From positions 9,238,001 to 9,302,000 of the forward strand of contig OZ281500.1 in the NCBI GenBank assembly GCA_965637545.1: a stretch of 64,000 bases of DNA, given 5' to 3'. The notes under the pieces were generated by a model that saw only the letters and a list, made by a program, of their open reading frames with translations, searched no databases and was not told where the DNA came from. The stretch is from Phallusia mammillata (Eukaryota). A program made the position numbers and the translations under genes. This document shows, piece after piece, positions 44,923-62,898 of the stretch (positions within the stretch are counted from its first letter, which is position 1; every line of letters starts with the position of its first letter).

Positions 44923-47900
44923 CTTGTAACACAATAAGGCACCTATTAACGATATAATTTACCTGCGAACTTCGTCTGCTGTGGTGCTGCATTTTATAGT
45001 TGTCGTGCTTCTTATTCTTTGAGTACACAGTCTATAGCTTAAATCGCGACAATGGGAGTTAATCGTTTGAAGCGGATTTGTCACTGCTTCGGACACTAAG
45101 CTGGTCGTGCGCGAATCCTGAAGAGCTCCAACAGCTTTTCGCTTCTTCCGACCCGTTGGGTGACCTTGCAGTGTGTAGGCCGCGGCGGAGGTCACCTCAT
45201 CCCACGCATTCAGTGGGCGTGTTGCTAAACAGAATCGCTCGATTATCAGCGCAGTCGCTAGTCATGTTTATGACTGCGGTGCGGATGCAAAGCTGCTGAA
45301 AGAAGATCTGCCGCAGCTTGCGCAGACTTAACAGCGGACACGCACGACGTTGTCACGTTTTGATGTCGGGAACTTTTCTCCGACTGGGCGTTCCTATTAT
45401 TTTCGACCAACCATCCACAAATACTCAGTCACGTTACTGCAATGGGTCACCGACTCAGCCCGGTTCAGCAGAAGCCTGAAAACTGCCTGCGGAACCGTCA
45501 CAGGTCAGTTTGGTTTAAAGTAATTCGTTGTCGAGCATGTGGGTTATTGATCTAATTCCCTCCCGGGAGACAAGGGCATGTCATCTTCTTTACAGGGCGT
45601 TTCTTCGATATCTCTTGTCACGCCGCTTATGACCATGTTATTGCCAAATCCAAAAATAAATTATGGACATATCCTCGATACCGTGTTGTCAAAAGTCGTG
45701 TCGTCAAAAACTAAGAGTGACGAAAATGTATTAGGTTTGTTGCATCCTGTATGTTCGCGTTTTAGCAGTGTTTTCTGGGATCGTTGATACATCGGATATA
45801 CGTGCTGGGATGCGTCATGTGTTCTTTATTTACTGCAATTCAAAATTATAGGGTTTGTGACATTTAGTCAAAAAGTTATTCACTTTTAAAATGTTTTATA
45901 ATAACAAAACAAATACCCTTTTCCGTAAAAAGTGGCAAAACATATAAACGCCTTACGTATAAATGCCGGATTCTGGGTAAAATTTACGACTATCTGGATA
46001 AACACTAACTTAATATCTAAACTTCAAACACCCTTAAAGAAAACGCACGTGATGCATAATGTGTATTTTGGATGACGGAGCGTCTGCCGAAATGCGAGGC
46101 TGCAGGGTGAATTACCTAAGACGCTTTAAATGAAAAAACGTATGATTTTATTTGAAGCTTAATTAGCAGCACCGTGCAATTATGTGCTTGAGCGCGGCCG
46201 ACCACGCTCTGGAACAGCTGAAAGAAAATTGATATTTGTGGTGTGTAATCCCAGTTTGGTCTCCGGCGTAGAGTGAGGCCGTACCTGGCACGGACCAAGT
46301 GCCTTGTTGACACCTCTGCAGTGCCACACCCTCGACGAGGACGTGGTCATCGCACATACCGCCATTGTGTCAGTTTTTTTTTCATGTTTTGACCCTCTCC
46401 GGATTAAATGTCACCTTCTTAAAATGTCAATTTCTAAACCAGCGAAATGTACAAAAGTTTTTTATCCTGTTTTCCCGTACAAAAGTGTCGAAATTTGCCC
46501 CCTGAAGCTTGTTTGTAATAAACGCCGATAAATAAAATGATCAACAGATGTAATCGGGACTATAAAATATTTTGTCGTAGACATGACGTTGATTGTGTGC
46601 GTCGTATTATAAAAGGTCGTCTCTAAAAATTAACAGTGGCTGAAAAACACAAAGCACAAAGCTCATTAAAAGAGAAACCCAATTAGTTAAAAATCAGCAA
46701 ATAGATGTTTTTTGAAAGTCTGCTTTCGACTAATAAAGTTTTACTTTCGACTAAAGAGCTAATAAAGTGATCTGGTTTAATTTTGAGTGTATATTCCGTG
46801 AAATCAGTGGTATCACACATTTGGCAAGTACGATGCTTAGATAAAAAACAAGCCAAGGTAGTAATTTCTATTTAGTTGCTTAGGGCGCTGCAATATAGGT
46901 CATGGAAAAACAAATATCGTATTAAGTGTAGGAATGATTAAGAAGCAAATGCTCCCATTTGATTTTACATGTAGTCAAGTTTCTGAAAGCGGAATCACGA
47001 AGGGCACAATATGGAATAAAAAGACTTTAGTTACGATTTAAGGTTAAGAATGGATGTCAACACTGGAGCTTTCGCGCTGCATTGACCGGAGAACACTGCG
47101 ACCTCTGGCGTAGCGGATGGAGTGTTTTCCGTAATTGAAGCAACGTAGCAATCATGGCTTTGGGTCCGCGGTCGAGAGATACGCGTGCATGGCACAGTGT
47201 CGCAAGAATTTAAGTCCAGCCGACCAAATCGATTATAAGCCCATAATTGCCGCCTGCCGAAAGATGCTCCTGTTCCGAATGACAGGCTCCAGTTTTCATA
47301 GGTGAACTCACGAACGATAGATCTGCTGTCGTCATCCTCCTAGAAGGCGGGGCGCAGACGCTGACGCAGAGGCACTAAACGTGACATATCGTTAGATCTC
47401 AATGTTTGTAGTTTATGTTAATTTACCACCCTGAGCCACTCGATGTATGTTGTCTGAAGTTTATCAATCAGGAGGCTGCAAAATCCTGGTTAGAGGTCGT
47501 TGCAGAGCAATATGCGCGCGCAAAATTGTAATAAATGAACACCAGTCGCTAATTTTTAGGCATGTAAAAGATCAAGGCACCTTGTTTTGTCTGACAAGTG
47601 GAATTATCTTTTGTTAAATTCAGGGCAATTGAGCAGTTACAAAACATTTTTACTGACTTTGCAAAATCTTCATGATTGACAAATCCAGATGCCTAAAATA
47701 TTGCTAAATCGCATTTTCATCCCACACACACAGGTTAACTGCAAGAACAACAACCACGAAACTGAAAAACATGAACTTTAAGAGTAAGATCTGGGGAATT
47801 TTTTGCATTAGGCACTTAATTCCGAAACAAGGTGGAAACGGCAAACATCAAATTATCTTACGACACTCCTCCTTGTGGAGCTACGCCCGTCGAGCCTACG

Positions 47901-49521
47901 CATTCCAGCACCAGCCCGTACCAGGCGCGAGTCGATGTCATCCACGCCATGCCAATTATCAATGGTCACGATTTCGAATCTTACACCTGCTTTACGAGGC
48001 AACGCGAGTTCGGGACGCAGACGAAACAGAGGCCATGTCCCACAGGTCGGCACCTATTTTCGGCTGCCGCGTTCTTGTAATCGTTGCTATATCGGCGCCG
48101 CGCACTCAAAAACAAAATGACTAAGCCAATATTTGACATTGAACTCCGCGTCTTAAATTTTAATCACTTCCCGGTGGTCCGTGTTCAATGCAAGGCGGAG
48201 TGCGTAAAGGTATTTGTTAACTGACCAATAAAAAGCCTAATGTATTTAGTTAAGTGACCTAGAATACACGGAAAAGCGTATATCGTCGTTTGGGTATTGT
48301 CGTTTATAGTATCCATTTACCCTATATAAGATCCAACATTTTGTTTCTAAAATGAAAAAAAACTTGTTAGAAAAATAAAGCATAGTTTGCAATAGGGCCA
48401 CTACCACAACAACTGGTTTCTGGATGATTACTGTTCTTAAGATTAGCATTATCCAAACTTCCAATGTAAAAAAGACCTAGTTCGAAATATAATCAACATT
48501 AGGCCTCTACCCAATTTTGCACAAAAAAGCCTTTAAATTTCGGAAATTTCCTTGTTCAAATCAAAATCTTATGGAGAACATAGGCTATGGTTGGTAAAAA
48601 AGGTTTCTACCGGACGATTCTGTTTGACCCAGGATTCTATACACTGATTTTTTAGATTTGGTTATCAGCTGAAACCTTCACAAAAACATATGTTGTGCAG
48701 AAGCACTTATGGTCGTTACCCGACAAACTTTAATCTAAAAACCATTCGAACTCAATGTTTGTTTCCTTGCTTTTCAGCCAAGGATGTCCCTGATTGCAAA
48801 TCCCCATCCGTTTTGGAAGTCCTGGTGTGAAATTGCTTTTGCCATCGATTGCGAACTCAGGCAAGTCGATCAGAAACGGAGTTTTTTGCATTGCTTCGAC
48901 TCAGGGGCGCCGTTTGTTGACAATTAAATTATAACAGAAACAGAATATATATCACAGCAGATAAAGTTAAAAACTATATCGCCTAGGCCCGTAAATTGGT
49001 GATGTTAAGAATAAGAAATAATTTGTATAATGGTATAACTTTGCCTTCAATTCCCAATGTCCTTTCGAAGAAATGCTAACAAAAGGATTTAGGTGTTGAC
49101 GGCCAACTCATCTTGCAATTGACGCTTGCAACCTACCAGTGTATAAAATAAGAACAATATTTTTTAAATTCAAGGTTTATTTAAAGGTGAAGCAAATCTA
49201 TGACTGTTATTATAAGCTAAGCTGCGACTGTTTTTAATGGCCTATGAACCCGAATTTTACATTTCTATGACTTGGTCACGTGATTAAATCGCTTGAATCT
49301 GCTTTCTGTGGTTTAGGTAAAAGTGTCTTGTTAAGGAAGTAATTGTAATTTGCAATTTGCTGCTGACTAAATTAAAAACTATGTTTTATAAATTATTTAT
49401 TGTACAGGGGCTGCCGTATTTGGTGCAAATGTAGCACTGCAGTACATAGTCAAAAGACCAAGGTTTTTTTTTTATCAATTGGCAGCTTGTTTTGCTTCTG
49501 TAGTTGCTTTTCATTGCAAAC

Positions 49522-53712
<4,191 letters not shown>

Positions 53713-54315
53713 TATTGTTTATTTTAGTCCACCTACTTATAGCGCATTTTATACACGTGTAAATTTTTGTACCAATTACTTCACTGGATTTATATTGATG
53801 TTCATTCACACAAGTCTGCTAAACCAAGCATGTTTTTCATGGTCTTTATTAGCTCTAATATGGAGGCTTAATGAAAATTCTGTTGATCAATTTTTCTGAT
53901 TAGAAAAACAGCATTTTTTGTGAAATGTATAGGTGAAATAATATTTCTTCCACTTTGACTTGTATCACTGCTTTTAAATGTTGATTTTGTTTATGTCTTG
54001 TCATAGAAAATATTAAGCTGTTCCAAGCAGTGCATTTTTTGTGTTAAACATTTATGGCTTCTGGCAGTATCTGTAGTTTAGTCAGACATGTATGCTTGAG
54101 GAGTCAGTTTCTAAGGCATATAAATTAACATTTTGTATTAAAAAAAACTTAACATCACAGTGCATCTCACATACACATGCAGTGCATAACGTACAATTTT
54201 CAACAAGAGAATACATGGGTCCTGTCCATGCAGTACATATAATATAAAAGTTGACTTGTTTTTTAGATTACACAGTGGCGGTTTTACATTTATCCCACAC
54301 CTATCTGTTGACAAG

Positions 54316-57300
54316 TCAAATCCCCTCAGGGTCCCTTCGTTGAAGTTCAACTGGGTATGACCCATAAAATTTTGTGGCAAGATTGCGAGCAGGTGGTTGG
54401 GCTTTTTGTTCTCTTTTTGCCTTCCGTAATAAAATCTCATCACGCTTTTGTCGGTTCTTTTCCAGAAATGTTGGAGAACGCGTAATACTTGAAAAATCAA
54501 ACAAAGTGGTGAATAAAACATACATATATTTTTTGTGATTCCAAGAATTTGTTTATGTGATCAAATTTGAAATATGTTCCGAGAGTATTTACTTATAGTT
54601 CATTGCAAAATATGTCGTATCCCTTAGTGTTCACTTGTGTTTCCATGAAAAAAGGGCTAGTTATGACATAAGACACATTGAAAAAAATTTGACAAACTTG
54701 CACCCAACGTGTATTCAAGCATTATTAAGCTGACAGGTAAAAATTTTATCAAAAAATATTCTTTTTGTGAGTTACATAAATTATCCTGTTTTGCTGGTTT
54801 CTACAGAGATAGTGTGTAAAATTTGCTATTGTAGATTTTAGTGTGTAGACTTACTTCAGATTTGTTTGAGGAAGTGAATATCCACCTTGGGCGTAATTTA
54901 AATATCGCTTTACTTTGTTTGGTTGATTTCTTGTTTCCCAACTCACTACCTGGTACTGTTTGCTACACAGTGGACAACAAACCTTGTTTGCCATCACATC
55001 TGAAACATAATAAATAAGACAACATGACTTCAGAGAAAGAAGATGGTCATATGTCATAGAATACAAGTTCTGTTAATTAATTTTGACAGTTACCTTGCAT
55101 TAATCCCGGATGACCAGAATTACGAGCACATTGCATTGCATCATTGCCTTGAATATTTTGAAGTTGGGGGTCAGCATTATGCTGAAGTAGGCAGTTGGCA
55201 CATTTACCTTGAGCATTTCGAGCTGCTAAATGTAGTGGAGTATCACCACTATCTATAAATACATGTGAACAAAATTTAAAAACTTATAAGCCAGAATTAC
55301 ACATAAGGTGATATGTACCATCAGCTACATCAACATAGGCACCAGTTTCAAGCAACCAATGTAGCACATTCACAGCTCCATCCTTGCTGGCAAAATGAAC
55401 TGCAGATCTTCCATTCCAGTCTAATGACTGTAGTTTTGCACCTGACAGAAACGAACATGAAGTAATTAGCATTACTAACTTCATACTTAAGGTTAATACA
55501 GTACTAACCCTGTTTTCCTAAAAACTGTAGGCATTTCAAATGATTATTGGCAGCTGCATAGTGATGTGGGTTACGCCCAAGACTGTCTTTGGCATTTACG
55601 TCCCCATCTAAATTAACCAAAGTGCGCAAGCAGTTGATGCCTACAATAAAAAAGGAATGAAACTCACAACAGAAAAAACAACATCTTTAAAGACATACTT
55701 CCACTGGCAGCTGCAATGTGCATTGGTTGCCTGCCACGGTCATCAACCCTTTCAATGTCGACCCCAGCTTTGAACAGAACTTTTAGTATGTCTGCTTTAT
55801 CTCTTAAACAGCACACATGAGATACTGTTCTACCCTCCTTGTCTCCCAGCAGTGGATCACAACCTAATTGCAAAAAATAAGGTGGTAGTTGGAATAAACA
55901 CCGTATTTTTTATTTTAATGGCTGTGGTCTTGCATGACTTTTAATAATTTCTACCTCTACCAATGAGAATCTTGACGCACTCAGTTTCTCCATTTAAAGC
56001 TGAAAGGTGACAGGGTGTCTGTCCATTTGCATCCTGTTCATCAGCATTATCAACAAAAGCAGCTAAAAACATGTTTGTTTATTTAGCATCTGTCAATATT
56101 ACAGAGTCACCACTTGCAAAACTAATTGAGAAAGTTTCACAAAATTTTACACTATTTCTTTTTCACAATCATAAATGTAAATTAACTTACTTAGAACATC
56201 AACCGCTTGTGGATGTCCCCCAATGCACGCTTCATGCAATGCGATTCTGTGTGCAGAACTTTTGTTGTTCACATCTGCCCCACCCTATGAACACATATGT
56301 TATTAGTTCTTGGAACTTTTTAGGTATTATCTAACATAGGCACAAAAAGCATGAACCTCAATAAGTGCCACTATGGTGTCCACTTGTCCATAAGCAGCAG
56401 CTCTGTGTAAAGCTGACCTCAATTCACCACCAGTGTCTCTGTTACTGCAATTAGGGTTGACCTAATTGAACAAAAAAATATTTTTAACTTTAACATCTGA
56501 TAAAAAACTTTGTCTAAATAGGTAAAGTGAAAAAGAATATAAAGACCCGTTTAAATTGCTGTGCAAGCAATTACTTCCATAAACAGTGTTATCATAAACA
56601 AGATATGGGCAACATGCAAGCATGCACAAACTGCAAACATTACCAATTTAAGTGACCATGGCAATGTGTACATTAAAATATGGCTCTGTATTGATTAAAA
56701 CAATTTTTAGTGGGATATTATGAAAATCATATTTCTTTACACCTGCAATTTATGCACAAAAAGACATAAAGACACTTGCAGCCATTCATGAAACAAGGAC
56801 CTAAGATGGAGCAAGCAAAGGCACCAAATGTAACACTTGTGCCTGCATTGGCATGGGATGCGCCGCCCTGACCCAATAAAATGAAAATGTGGAGAATTCA
56901 AACAACTGATAAAAGATTTCTTGAAACAAACAAGCAAAGGAATGAAGATACTGAAAACTATATGCTTCACAATCTTTAGATTTATGTTTAAGTATTCACA
57001 TATTTTCTAATTTTTGTTTGAGGGACATATGATCATTGCCAAAGTTATGGCTTCTATGATATGATCAGTTTTAATAGACATTTTTCTGATTTGTTTTGAC
57101 AAGTGGCAACTAAATACCAAACCTTTAGTTTGCTGATTAACTCTTTGACTTGATCTACATCTCCAGTTTCTGCAGCGTGAATTAGCTGCTTTCCTTGGTT
57201 TACTAAACAAATTATACACTTTAGGTTTGTAAGTGTAAATTTTGTTTTTATGTTATGTCTCAATTATACGTTAATGTCAATTTGTCAAATAGTCATAAAT

Positions 57301-57458
57301 GTACACAAGATATCAAACAACCACCAGTCTCTTTGTCCTAAACTAAATATTAGTTTCAAGCGAATTTATTACTTTCCTATCCTTTAGTAAATCGATGTAT
57401 TTTTTATTACAAAGTACTGTAAAAATAAAATATTGTTCTTACCCAACTCGACCTCCAT
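54316..57458 (-). CDS. Ankyrin-repeat protein (~9 repeats plus a basic C-terminal tail), 427 aa
   Basis: Exons 57458-57443, 57193-57123, 56461-56357, 56284-56191, 56062-55961, 55863-55699, 55640-55509, 55441-55319, 55252-55094, 54999-54855, 54487-54316 (1284 nt, phases close). Repeated G-x-T/S-P/A-L-H-x-A-A motifs (SALHRAAAYG, GQTPCHLSA, GRQPMHIAA, GDTPLHLAA). Confidence 0.88.
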
Positions 57459-58394
57459 CTTATTCACTAAATACGGGTTCAACTTCAAGAATGTTGCCAC
57501 AGTAAACAATTTCGAAAAACCAAGGTAACGTAGTCTAAAATATTCACATCGGTTGGTGCGTAAACAAACTAATTTTATTCAGTCTCGGCGGGAATACCAT
57601 AAGAGTAGTGCATGTACGAAACGAAAAATCATGACACAACTTGCTAAACATGTCACATAAATTTACCTAGCCCTTTTCACATCAAATATTTTCCATCCTT
57701 GCAACATGAATCACTGAATTTCTCAGTTGTATGCCATGGCCTTCATTCTCAACATTTACTTCAATTCAGGCAGTTGGTTTTTGTGCATGCGGTCACATAA
57801 GTATGAGCGATTGACACAATTACAAACACACAAAATTGTTGCAAGTATCCAACAATTAACCACACAAATAAAACACAAAGGTTTTAAATCCACATTGAAA
57901 AGTCATGTTGCAGACACTTGGCCCAATATGGGTATAAGAGAAGTACCTTTGTTTAAAGAATTGAAATGAAAAAACGTGTAATTTAAAGGCACAAATGAGA
58001 CAATTGCCTCTGTCAGTTCAATAACTTGTATCCCAAGTATGCGTTACTTTAAATGTCAAGTTCGCATACAAAACACACAGCACCAGGACAAGACAACAAG
58101 AAATACACTAATTGAAGAAAAATATCAAGCATATCATTGAGTAAATAAAAAGCACAGTCGGTACACTTTAGGTGGACTGTTGTTTATAATTTGCTTATAC
58201 AATTTTGTAAGTCAAAATCCCTAAAAACGAATCTAGGTTGTCTCTTACAAACTACCAACATGGTTGCCTCATAGGAACTAACCCCTTATTGTAGAGAAAA
58301 ACTAACACTACATCCATCCATGAAAATAATGCACAATGTGTATGAAAAAAATAAATAGATATATCTTGTATGTATGCTTGATTTTTGTGCAACA

Positions 58395-61318
58395 TTAACA
58401 ACCACATGTTCCTTCAGACTGAGTTCGCAAAACTTCCTTGTCAACTGACAGAACAGTTGCCCTGTTCATTTTTGGATAGTCCTGAGTCATCATAGGTTTT
58501 TGGCACTTCAGCTTATGTGCCAATGTAAGAAATATTGCTTCAACGTTATCACATTCCTTGTCTTCCTTGGCAGAAGTTTCAAACAGGGGCATTGAATGAG
58601 CATCAGCAAACCTTTGGGCAATGTTTGTTTCAACCTGCACAACAATCACATAAGCCTGTTGTATTTTTCTTTTTTTTCTTATTTTTCAATTAATTATGTG
58701 ATGAAATTTTTGTTCAGATTGTTGATAAATCATACTTGTAGCAGGTCTAATTTAACTACGAAAAATTGCATCCACCTGTACTTGATTGGTGAGATCACAT
58801 TTGTTTCCCACCAAAATGCGTGGCACAGAGGCATTTAATGAATGTTGGTCGCATTCCTCTAACCACATTGGCAAGCCTTGAAAAGATGCGAGCTAACAAA
58901 AAAAGTTAATTAATGAAATGAACAGATTTTTTACCCTTTTTATGGTTTAAATCAGCGGTTACCAAACTGGGGTCCGTACAGCAGTTTTCGAGAGTCCGCA
59001 ATGAGAATTAGTCTTAAAAACTTTAAAGCAATTTAAGAGGGCCCACAATGTACAGCAATGATTGCAATCACAATTGTAATTCAATAATAAACCTTGTTTT
59101 ATGTTAGTCTTTAGTTAGCGAATGTTTTCAACATTATAGCTGTATTATTATGCTATACTAGAAAAAAATATGCTTGATTATTTGGTATCATAGGGTGTTT
59201 TAGGATGTTTCTTGTGACATCATAAAGCATATATTATGCTGCACTACCAGCTATCGGCGAATCGTTTGCATTAGTTAGAAAGTTGTTACGTTAAAAGAAT
59301 CGTGACTGCATTAGTGTACTATAAGAAACATGGGTTTTGTATTTTTCCTATAGTATTCTTAGATTTTTATATGGCTGCAAAATATCAAAATAATTGCCAC
59401 AAGGGTCCACCAGTCAAAATTCTTAGAAAAGTTTGGGAACCGCTGGTTTAAATACAACATGTACCTTCGTAACATCATAGGTAAATACAACAGCATGGAC
59501 ATTTCTGTAATAATGAGGCACCATTGACTTTCTAAACCGCTCTTGTCCAGCTGTGTCCCACAGTTGCAACTGCAACAAAAAATTCAAACACTTTGCAACA
59601 CTGTTACAGAGACAAAATAAATCACACTGCAGAAAGAAACCTACAGATAAGGAATACTGGTTCCTTTAATTATTAGAAGCGCTCTGCTTTGATAAGAAAG
59701 GCAGCAAAACATGTGAAATTACGTAAATTGATGAAGGCAAGAGTTATTGGCAAACTGGTTTGAATGCATGTCACATTTGAGTTCATGTTTGCTGACATAA
59801 CAATTAAGCAGGAAAAGTAATTATCTAATCTATGTGGAAATACAGACAAACAAACAAACCCGGAAGGGTGAATAAGCATTCACATCCTTTGAACATACAC
59901 TATATATACATTGCCTATTTTGAAAGGAGTATAATATCTTTTTATACAGGGTCTAATATTTGTTAATATTTCTGTGAACAGAAACTCAGAGATACCTACA
60001 AATCAAAGTTGCATTTCATGATATAACCATGGAAAGTTTAGTGCAGGGAGGTCAAACACAACAATCAAATTTAAACTACAGTTGCATATTTAAGACATAA
60101 GTTGCTTATCTTCTACAAATACAAATTGTTCAAATTTTATCCATGCTTTAAGGAAGCAGGTGGGGTTACATTCCACAAACTATCAAATACTTATAAACGG
60201 CTAGCAAGGTAGCCACAGTAAAACAAATCCATTTTACCTGTGTGTCGCTAACAATGAATGTTAAATAACCTTTTTTATAACACGGTTTCGGTTAGAGAAC
60301 GGGTCCTATATTTAAAATGAGTCTCATTTACGTGAGACTTATTATAAATACAACATAAACACTGGATAAATAGTGTATATATGGGAACCAAATTTTTGCT
60401 AAAAAACACAGCACTAAGTTTGCTTTGCCTTAATTAGTTCTCCATCAATATCAACAGTTCGTTCACGAAAGTCAACTCCTATAGTAGCCTCTGTTTTGTC
60501 AGGGAATTTTCCTGCACAAAATCTGAATACAAAAACAAATATAAATGGTTTGCATGTAGCATTGCAGGTAACGGCAACACATCTATGCGATAAAATGGGT
60601 TGAACGCTTGGATATAGTGCTGGATTAACCAGTAGGCAAAGTAGGCACATGCCTAGAAGTCAGTCAAAAATCCAGGCCAGTTGCTACAACGATCTTTGTG
60701 ACAATGATTTGGCAACACTGATAATTCTAATTTTTTAGTTGGCAACTCTGATATTCAGGTTATAAAATGTGCCTACAGGCCAGTGGACTGTTAATCTGGC
60801 ACTGCTTGGATATGAGGCTAAGAACATCATTGTGTTAATAATTTTAATAGTTTTGCAACTCTGACAAAGAGTGGCTTAAGTTGCTTACAACATAGTTTAT
60901 TTTTCTTTACATCGTTACCAATCCTACTGTAAAAAATATGTTGCCTGTTTTAAACTTTTATTAGTTTTTTTAACTACCAGTAGTCCTTATGTTAAAGTTA
61001 CTGTTTGTTTATGTTACCAATAGCCTTTAAACTGAAGATACTGTGTTTATGTTTTTGGTTAATATAAACAAATTGTTAATGGTTATGTTACCTCCCAAAT
61101 AATACATGTATAATCAGTGACAAAATTGTTACAAACAAAATTTAATTTTTTTAATGGTTTTTGCAACAACATTTGTTTTTATCATATTCCTGAATACTTG
61201 GCACTAAAATGTACCTGTATGTCAAACATGTTTTTCCTACATCAGAATCCCCAATCACAATAATTTTAAAAACTTTTCGCTGAACATCTTGGGCTTCTTC
61301 ATCAACGTTTTTTGCCAT
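58395..61318 (-). CDS. RAB33: Ras-related protein Rab33, 219 aa
   Basis: Exons 61318-61215, 60522-60429, 59569-59465, 58892-58776, 58634-58395 (660 nt). [85 protein letters not shown] and a C-terminal CGC are Rab33-diagnostic. Intron 2 has a GC donor. Confidence 0.95.
58953..59445. mobile_element. hAT Buster-type MITE (493 bp) in a RAB33 intron
   Basis: TIR CAGCGGTTACCAAACT...AGTTTGGGAACCGCTG. Perfect 8-bp TSD gtttaaat at 58945-58952 and 59446-59453. Confidence 0.92.
60615..60804. mobile_element. Short hAT MITE (190 bp) in RAB33 intron 1
   Basis: Ends TAGTGCTGGATTAAC / GTTAATCTGGCACTG. Perfect 8-bp TSD cttggata at 60607-60614 and 60805-60812. Confidence 0.88.
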
Positions 61319-62853
61319 GACCTTATGTACCTAAAGTACAGTATTTGTAAAAGATAAATTAACTTTTATGTAAACAGTATCAGCTAAGTTGATGCATACA
61401 ACCTATCAATCATGTACATTAATGAGCACTGATTTGCAAAAGCTTGGTAAGTATATTTACAATTACAACCAAATACTTGTAAATCATTTTGTATAACTGT
61501 CTATAAGTGATAATGTGTCAGAGCAATGGTTTTTGTACCAAGTATAAAATACAATGCTTTTATTATGTCTTCTTAGATAAATGTTGTTTTACAATTAATA
61601 TGTGGTTTATGTTTTGACTTTACCACTAACAATTTTTAGGCATCTCACGATTGTAAAAAAAAATTAAAACTACCATGAATCATGCAAAAGGCTGAGTTCC
61701 CCAGAAATATCAAATAGAACTTGTCTAGCATTTTTGGTATTTAAACGATGTAACCATTTTGTACCTTACTCATAAATGGGTCACTATCATTCTTTGTATT
61801 TTGTTCAATCTCAATGTATGCCATGTGATAGAACAAAAACAATAGGTTTGCATTTGTGTTGTAAATACATGTTCCGAACTTATTACTATTGTTATTATTT
61901 GATTTCAGTTAAGGGTCAAACATGCATTACATTTCATAGCTGCTATGACAAAAATTGGAGACAGTTGTATAAAGAATATTACAAACTGATTCTGTGTGAA
62001 TGTGGATAACAAAGTGTTAACATCAAATTGAAATCCATTTGGAATTAAACGGTGTGTGTAAATTATCGTAGGTTAGTTGATAGCACACTGCTTGGCGACA
62101 ACACTCATTTCCAGGCTATGTTTTGAAAACAACAAGTGCACTTGTTCATGAACAGTGTGGCCTAACAAATGCTGCAAAAATTGCTTAAAATAATACAATG
62201 CTTAATAGAATACCAAGCGACTTGTCTATCACAAACTAATTCCGGCTTATTATTTACCAAAACGTCGTTTTGTCGCTACAAACTCGTTTTTTGTTTGTTT
62301 ACGAACTTATACATGTTACATTTTTGTCAACTATATTTACATAAATTGGTGAACCGAGACCAACGCGGGCAATCAGGCGTAAATTATCTGAAAAGATGAT
62401 AAATAAGAAACTATAACTGAAACTATAACTAATTACCGCGGTTTAATTAACAATCTGCGAATATATTGGAGCCCAATTACAGCTTATAGCCAATTATCTA
62501 ACTTAAACACTACAGCGCAAAACGTTGTATGTTGAAAGTGTTTAGGACGCACGATAAACAATATACTTTGTTCAATGAAAATCGCAGGATATTACCCATG
62601 AAATTCCGATTTAGTTGTGTAGTTGTGCAAATTGAACTATTCCGTAGTTACTGGGAACGATTTAAAATAACAATTTCTGAATCAGCATCCTGTATTTCGC
62701 CAGAAAGCACATCCCGGCAATTGTGTTTGTCATTAAATCGCACGTGGAATTAAACGAATTGTATAATGTACATAAATTTTCGAACGTTTTAACGGAAAGT
62801 TTATTGCGGGGATAGATTTATTCGGCTGTTACCTAGAAGTGAGATAATTTGGC

Positions 62854-62861
62854 TATATAAA
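62854..62861 (+). promoter_or_regulatory. TATA box of the WYD-repeat gene
   Basis: TATATAAA lies about 40 nt upstream of the ATG at 62899, which fits a TSS near 62885 and a very short 5' UTR. Confidence 0.6.
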
Positions 62862-62898
62862 TGAAGCTCGCAGTCATGCCTTCACCAAAAGCATCAGC

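Noticed and set aside
44959-45790. GC-richer stretch with short ORFs and a minus-strand donor (CAG|GTAAAT near 44965)
   Set aside because: All frames are repeatedly interrupted and no domain is recognisable. It may be a non-coding or 5' UTR exon, but that cannot be shown here.
47771-48124. Overlapping short ORFs, one containing EFGTQT (LC8-like motif)
   Set aside because: The motif-bearing ORF lacks an ATG start, there is no convincing splice context or homology, and several frames are open simply because of higher GC.
57459-57466. TGAATAAG directly before the ankyrin-gene ATG resembles the 3' end of the Ciona spliced leader
   Set aside because: It is only an 8-nt AT-rich match, the species and its SL sequence are unknown, and it is equally explained as an ordinary AG acceptor.
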